A stretch of DNA of 64,000 nucleotides from an uncultured Clostridia bacterium (GTDB lineage: Bacteria; Bacillota; Clostridia; Christensenellales; HGM11417): assembly GCA_944332455.1 (NCBI GenBank), contig CALVJY010000010.1:170-64169 (forward strand), in the 5' to 3' direction. Below the pieces are notes generated by a model, which saw only the letters and a list, made by a program, of their open reading frames with translations, made no database searches and was not told the DNA's origin. Numbering within the stretch: position 1 is the stretch's first letter; every line of letters begins with the position of its first letter. The position numbers and the translations under genes are program-made. Of this stretch, positions 59,324 to 64,000 are shown in pieces.

Positions 59324-60169
59324 TCAGAACTCTCCGGAGTCGTCTTCTTCCGAAAACTCCCCGTCCGGGTCCTCCTCGGGCTCGGGCTCGTCCTCCAGCT
59401 CCTCGCCCAGCGCGGCGTAATCCTCTTCGTAGCTCAGGATTTCGGGGCCGGAGGGCTTCTGCGGGGGCTCCTTGGGAGGCTCCAGCTCCTGCTCGGCCTT
59501 TTTCTCCAGCTCCTCGCACAGGGAGAGGATGTCCGGGCCGGCTTCCCGGATGTTCAGGGCCTCCTCCAGCCGCCGGAGCCGCCGTTTCAGGCACTTGAAT
59601 TCCTCCAGCACGGGGTCGATCTCCCGGGTCTGGTCCATGTCGGCCACCGGCCGGCCGTCCACCCGGACGATGCGGCCGGGCACGCCCACCACCGTGCAGT
59701 TGGGGGGGACGGACTTGAGCAGGACGGCCTGGGCGCCGATCTTGCAGTTTTCGCCCACGGTGATGGGACCCAGGACCTTGGCGCCGGCGCAGATCATCAC
59801 GTTGTCCTTGATGGTGGGATGGCGCTTGCCCACGTCCTTGCCGGTGCCGCCCAGGGTGACGCCCTGGTAGATGACGCAGTTGTCGCCCACTTCGGCGGTC
59901 TCGCCGATGACCACCCCCACGCCGTGGTCGATGAACACCCCCTTGCCGATCCTGGCGCCGGGGTGGATCTCGATGCCGTGCAGGTGCTTGCACCACTGGC
60001 TGGCCACCCGGGCCAGAAAGCGGCACTTGTGCCGGTACAGCCAGTTGGCGAAGCGGTACCAGCGCAGGGCCTTGAATCCCGAGTAGGTCAGCACGACCTC
60101 CAGTTTGCTCCTGGCGGCCGGATCCCGGTCCAGCACCGCCTTCAGATCTGCCTTGTAAATGTCAAACAC
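59324..60169 (-). CDS. cysE: Serine O-acetyltransferase with acidic C-terminal extension
   Basis: 'RDPAARS..EV', 'GIEIHPGARIG..VFIDHG.GVVIGETA', 'GTGKD.GKRHPT', 'VVGVPGR'. GTG start. Confidence 0.93.
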   Translation of the reverse strand: MFDIYKADLKAVLDRDPAARSKLEVVLTYSGFKALRWYRFANWLYRHKCRFLARVASQWCKHLHGIEIHPGARIGKGVFIDHGVGVVIGETAEVGDNCVIYQGVTLGGTGKDVGKRHPTIKDNVMICAGAKVLGPITVGENCKIGAQAVLLKSVPPNCTVVGVPGRIVRVDGRPVADMDQTREIDPVLEEFKCLKRRLRRLEEALNIREAGPDILSLCEELEKKAEQELEPPKEPPQKPSGPEILSYEEDYAALGEELEDEPEPEEDPDGEFSEEDDSGEF

Positions 60170-60522
60170 GCGCGCTCTCCGAATGGGACGGCCAGGGCCG
60201 TCGCTTTCTTTCTATCTTATAACAGCCGGCCGGCAAAAGTCAAATCATTTGAACGGGAAAATCGGGAAACCCCCTTTTCGACCCGGGCCCCCGAGGACCG
60301 CCCTTCTTCCCTGATTCCCGAAGGGCGGAAAGCAGCGGAAAAAGGGAAGGGGGAAGAGGCTGACGCTTTCCTGCGGGCGGAAAAGGGCGGGCAGGGCCCA
60401 AATAAAATTGATTTTTTGCGGGATTTATGCTAGAATAGGGGGGAACGACAAACAGAGCCGCCGGGGAAGGCTGTTCCGGTCCGACGAAGGGCCGGGCGCC
60501 TCCGCGGGGCCGGAGGTGCGGA

Positions 60523-62814
60523 GTGGTAAAACTCATCGTCAACAAGGTGCTGTGCAAGGACGGGGTGCTGCACGAACTTCAGTCCGGGAGCTCGCTGCTG
60601 GAGGCTATGGGCCGGCTGGTCCCCGAACTGCCGGAGGAGGAGGCGCTGGACCGGGCCAGAAAGGGGAGCATGACGGCCGCCGTGCTGGCCGCCCACAACC
60701 GGGCGGGGGAGCGGGACAAGGTGCTTCGGCTGAGCTTTGACGCCCTGACCTCCCACGACATCACCTACGTGGGCATCATCCAGACCGCCCGGGCCAGCGG
60801 GCTGAAGGAATTTCCGGTACCCTATGTGCTGACCAACTGCCACAACTCCCTCTGCGCGGTGGGGGGGACCATCAACGAGGACGACCACGTCTTCGGACTC
60901 TCGGCCGCCCAAAAATACGGGGGGATCTTCGTGCCCCCCCATCTGGCGGTCATCCACCAGTTCATGCGGGAGACCATGACCGGCTGCGGCAAGATGATCC
61001 TGGGGTCGGACTCCCACACCCGCTACGGGGCCTACGGCACCATGGGGGTGGGGGAGGGCGGCCCCGAGCTGGTCAAGCAGCTGCTCGGCCGGACCTATGA
61101 CATCAACCAGCCCGGAGTCATCGCCGTACAGCTTTCGGGGACCCCCCGCCCGGGGGTGGGGCCGCAGGACGTGGCCCTGGCCGTCATCGGGGCGGTCTTC
61201 AAAAACGGCTTCGTCAAGAACAAGGTCATGGAATTCATCGGGGAGGGCGTGGCCTCCCTGTCCATGGACTTCCGGGCCGGCATCGACGTCATGACCACCG
61301 AGACCGCCTGCCTCAGTTCGATCTGGCAGACCGACGAGACCGTCCGCGCCTTCTACGCCGCGGTGGGGCGGGAGCAGGACTTTGCCCCCCTTTCGCCCGG
61401 ACCGCTGGCCCTTTACGACGGGGCGGTGCTGGTGGACCTGTCCAAGGTGGAGCCCATGATCGCCATGCCCTTCCACCCCTCCAACGTCTACAAGCTGGCC
61501 GACGTCATCCGGGACCCGCTGGACATCTTCGCCGAAGTCGAGGCCGAGGCCAACAAGTCCGATCCCGCCGTCCGCCTGTCGCTGACCGACAAGGTCAAAG
61601 ACGGCCGCGTGCAGGTCTCACAGGGCGTCATCGCCGGATGCGCCGGCGGCACCTTCGAGAACGTGGCGGCGGCCGGCGACATGCTGAAAGGGCGGAACTG
61701 CGGGAACGGGGAGTTCTCGCTCTCGGTCTATCCGGCCAGCCAGCCCGTCTTTCTGGAACTGATGAAGCAGGGCAGCCTGGCCGAGCTGATGGAGGCCGGC
61801 GCGGTGGTCAAGACCGCCTTCTGCGGCCCCTGCTTCGGGGCTGGAGACGTGCCATCCAACAACGCGCTGTCTATCCGGCACACCACCCGGAACTTCCCCA
61901 ACCGGGAGGGCTCCAAGCCCGCCAACGGCCAGATCGCCGCGGTGGCCCTGATGGACGCCCGCAGCATCGCGGCCACGGCCGCCAATCAGGGCGTGCTGAC
62001 CTCGGCGCTGGATTTCGACTACACCCCCAAAAAGCACCTCTTTGCCTTTGACGGGGAGATCTACAAAAACCGGGTATACAACGGTTTCGGGGCGCCCCAG
62101 CCCGACCTGCCCCTCCGCTTCGGCCCCAACATCGCCGACTGGCCGGAGATGATCCCCTTGCAGAAAAATCTGCTGCTGCGCATCGCCTCGGCCATCTCGG
62201 ACCCCGTCACCACCACCGACGAACTGATCCCCTCGGGGGAGACCTCCTCCTACCGGAGCAATCCCTTAAAGCTGGCCGAGTACACCCTCTCCCGCAAGGA
62301 TCCCGCCTACGTCAAGCGGGCCAAGGGCATCTTTGCCGAGGAAAAGGCCCGGCGGGAGGGCCGGCCGCTCGAGCCGGAATACCTGAACGCGCTTGATCTG
62401 GTGGGGGGCTCGGCGGCCCTGCTGCCCACGACGGCCATCGGCAGCGCCGTCTTCGCCCTCAAGCCGGGGGACGGCTCGGCCCGGGAACAGGCCGCCTCCT
62501 GCCAGCGGGTGCTGGGCGGACTGGCCAACCTGGCCGTGGAGTACGCCACCAAGCGCTACCGCAGCAACCTGATCAACTGGGGCATGATCCCCTTTCTGAC
62601 CGAGTTTACCTCCTTCCGCCCGGGCGACTTCGTCTTTGTGGAGAATGTGACCGATCTGGTCCGCAACGGCGGGGAGGTCCGCGCCCGCCTGATCCGGGGG
62701 CACCGCTCTTTAGACATCGTCATCCGGCTGGACTATCTGACCGAGGACGAAAAGGAGATCATCTTGAGCGGCTGCCTGATCAACTTCTACCGCCGGAACG
62801 GAGGTCAGGCCTGA
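60523..62814 (+). CDS. Aconitase-family hydratase (YbhJ-like)
   Basis: 'TNCHNSLC', 'GSDSHTRYG', 'IAGCAGG', 'FCGPCFG', 'RNFPNREG', swivel domain 'TTDELIP', 'YRSNLINWG'. Confidence 0.9.
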   Translation: MVKLIVNKVLCKDGVLHELQSGSSLLEAMGRLVPELPEEEALDRARKGSMTAAVLAAHNRAGERDKVLRLSFDALTSHDITYVGIIQTARASGLKEFPVPYVLTNCHNSLCAVGGTINEDDHVFGLSAAQKYGGIFVPPHLAVIHQFMRETMTGCGKMILGSDSHTRYGAYGTMGVGEGGPELVKQLLGRTYDINQPGVIAVQLSGTPRPGVGPQDVALAVIGAVFKNGFVKNKVMEFIGEGVASLSMDFRAGIDVMTTETACLSSIWQTDETVRAFYAAVGREQDFAPLSPGPLALYDGAVLVDLSKVEPMIAMPFHPSNVYKLADVIRDPLDIFAEVEAEANKSDPAVRLSLTDKVKDGRVQVSQGVIAGCAGGTFENVAAAGDMLKGRNCGNGEFSLSVYPASQPVFLELMKQGSLAELMEAGAVVKTAFCGPCFGAGDVPSNNALSIRHTTRNFPNREGSKPANGQIAAVALMDARSIAATAANQGVLTSALDFDYTPKKHLFAFDGEIYKNRVYNGFGAPQPDLPLRFGPNIADWPEMIPLQKNLLLRIASAISDPVTTTDELIPSGETSSYRSNPLKLAEYTLSRKDPAYVKRAKGIFAEEKARREGRPLEPEYLNALDLVGGSAALLPTTAIGSAVFALKPGDGSAREQAASCQRVLGGLANLAVEYATKRYRSNLINWGMIPFLTEFTSFRPGDFVFVENVTDLVRNGGEVRARLIRGHRSLDIVIRLDYLTEDEKEIILSGCLINFYRRNGGQA

Positions 62815-63172
62815 CCCCCCGCCTTTCAGAAAATCTTACTGCTTAACGGACCGGCCCTGTTGGTAAATATCCTGTCGTGCCCCTTTTCCTCCCCGAAGAT
62901 CCCGGGAGGGAAAGGGGCCTTTTTTTTTGGCAGCTCGGTCGGGAAAAATTCCGGGGAATTTCGGGAGATTTCCAAATTTTGCGCGGATCCCGGCATATTG
63001 CGCGGATCCCGGGACGAGCTGTCTGAGCGCCATGGGGGGAAGCGGGTCTCCGACGCCTGCGTTTGATCCCGGCGGGCCGACGGCGGCCATCGGAAAAATT
63101 TTTCATTCCGGCAAATGCGCCGTTCACAAAGAGCGGGGGCAAAACTGCGCCGGTTTTGTACGGCCGAAGCGG

Positions 63173-63201
63173 TTGACATTTTAGCATAATTATGCTAAAA
63201 T
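63173..63201 (+). promoter_or_regulatory. TA operon promoter with overlapping palindromic operator
   Basis: TTGACA-17-TAAAAT. Perfect inverted repeat TTTTAGCATA-AT-TATGCTAAAA (63179-63200) lies between and over the hexamers. Confidence 0.85.
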
Positions 63202-63242
63202 GAGAGTACAGGCCCGGCAGCCGGGCCGAAGGAGGAAAAACC

Positions 63243-63527
63243 ATGAAACAGGCGCCCCGGATGATCCGTCCGGTTTCAGATCTGAGAAATCATTTTGCCG
63301 ACATTTCCCGCACCGTCCACGAGACCCGTCAGCCGGTCTTTTTGACCAAGAACGGCTTCGGGGACATGGTTGTGCTGAGCATGGAGGCCTACGAGAGCAT
63401 GCAGCTGGACAGCGAGATCTACCGCAAGCTGTTGGAGGCCGAACGGGCTGAGGAAGCGGGCTGCCGGTACTACACCCTGGAAGAGGTCCGCAAGGAGGCC
63501 GAAGATGTCATCAACGGAAAGGGTTGA
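63243..63527 (+). CDS. Type II antitoxin, Phd/YefM family
   Basis: 'IRPVSDLRNHF..I...VHE..QPVFLTKNGFGDMVVLS.EAYE'. Confidence 0.9.
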   Translation: MKQAPRMIRPVSDLRNHFADISRTVHETRQPVFLTKNGFGDMVVLSMEAYESMQLDSEIYRKLLEAERAEEAGCRYYTLEEVRKEAEDVINGKG

Positions 63528-63873
63528 GCTGATCTTCGGCGAGGAGGCAAAAAGGGATGTCCGGGAGATCATCCGGTATATCACAGAGGAACTGAAGGCG
63601 CCGGCGGCGGCCCGGAAGCTGTTGGGGAAACTGCTCCATGCAGCCGGGAACGCGGTGCTTTTTCCCCATGCCAATCCGCTCTATTTTCCGCCGGACGAGG
63701 AGCCGCTCAGGCGGGAGTACCGCAAGATCTCGCTGGAGGGCTATCTGATCTTTTACTATGTGGACGAGGATAAGGGGCGGGTGGTCATCTCCCGCGTGAT
63801 CTGCGCCAGAAGGGATCTGCGGAGGAAGCTGGAGGAGCCGGAAAGGCCCTTGGAGGGAGGAGAGCGGCCCTGA
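63505..63873 (+). CDS. Type II toxin, RelE/ParE family
   Basis: RBS AAGGAGG. 'AKRDVREIIRYI...AP.AA..L', 'YRKI....YLIFY.VDE....V.I.RV', overlapping the antitoxin stop. Confidence 0.88.
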   Translation: MSSTERVELIFGEEAKRDVREIIRYITEELKAPAAARKLLGKLLHAAGNAVLFPHANPLYFPPDEEPLRREYRKISLEGYLIFYYVDEDKGRVVISRVICARRDLRRKLEEPERPLEGGERP

Positions 63874-64000
63874 AATTTTGTGATTTGAGCAGAAGCGGCC
63901 CGCCCGGTCGGCAGGGGGCTGCGGCTTCCCGGCGCGCTGCCGGACGGGAGGCGCATGGCGCGCAAGGAGGGAGCCGCCCCCAGAGCATGAAACTTTCCCG

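Overview
GC-rich chromosomal window from an endospore-forming Clostridia-type bacterium (ytfI/ytfJ-dacB, large Bacillota-type SRP RNA, rnf operon, type-2 IleRS). Bases 1-6548 hold the end of a phage-derived virion gene module: major capsid C-terminus, small protein, head-tail adaptor-like, podovirus nozzle-like, unknown protein and coiled-coil protein. It has host-like codon usage, host repeat elements between the genes, and no integrase, lysis or long-tail genes, so it is a candidate domesticated, GTA-like locus. The rest is mostly housekeeping and catabolic: Fic, MBL hydrolase, ytfI-ytfJ-dacB-rluB, an AT-rich PIN-like orphan, YitT, GntR/GH38/UroD-like locus, ileS, methyltransferase, RluA, two large acidic surface proteins, DUF1538 with two PII proteins, an AraC/Gfo-Idh-MocA/TIM-barrel/ThuA sugar locus, luxS, cysK with an in-frame TAG, transaldolase family, remB-like-gyrB-gyrA, SRP RNA, two TauE halves, rnfCDGEA and rnfB, cysE, an aconitase-family hydratase and a Phd/RelE-ParE TA pair. 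Intergenic DNA carries several repeat families. Four different arrays share one architecture: variable mini-hairpins joined by 7-nt linkers ending in TAT. No tRNA, rRNA, CRISPR-cas, integrase or transposase was found. Family assignments come from motif recognition by eye, not from database searches.
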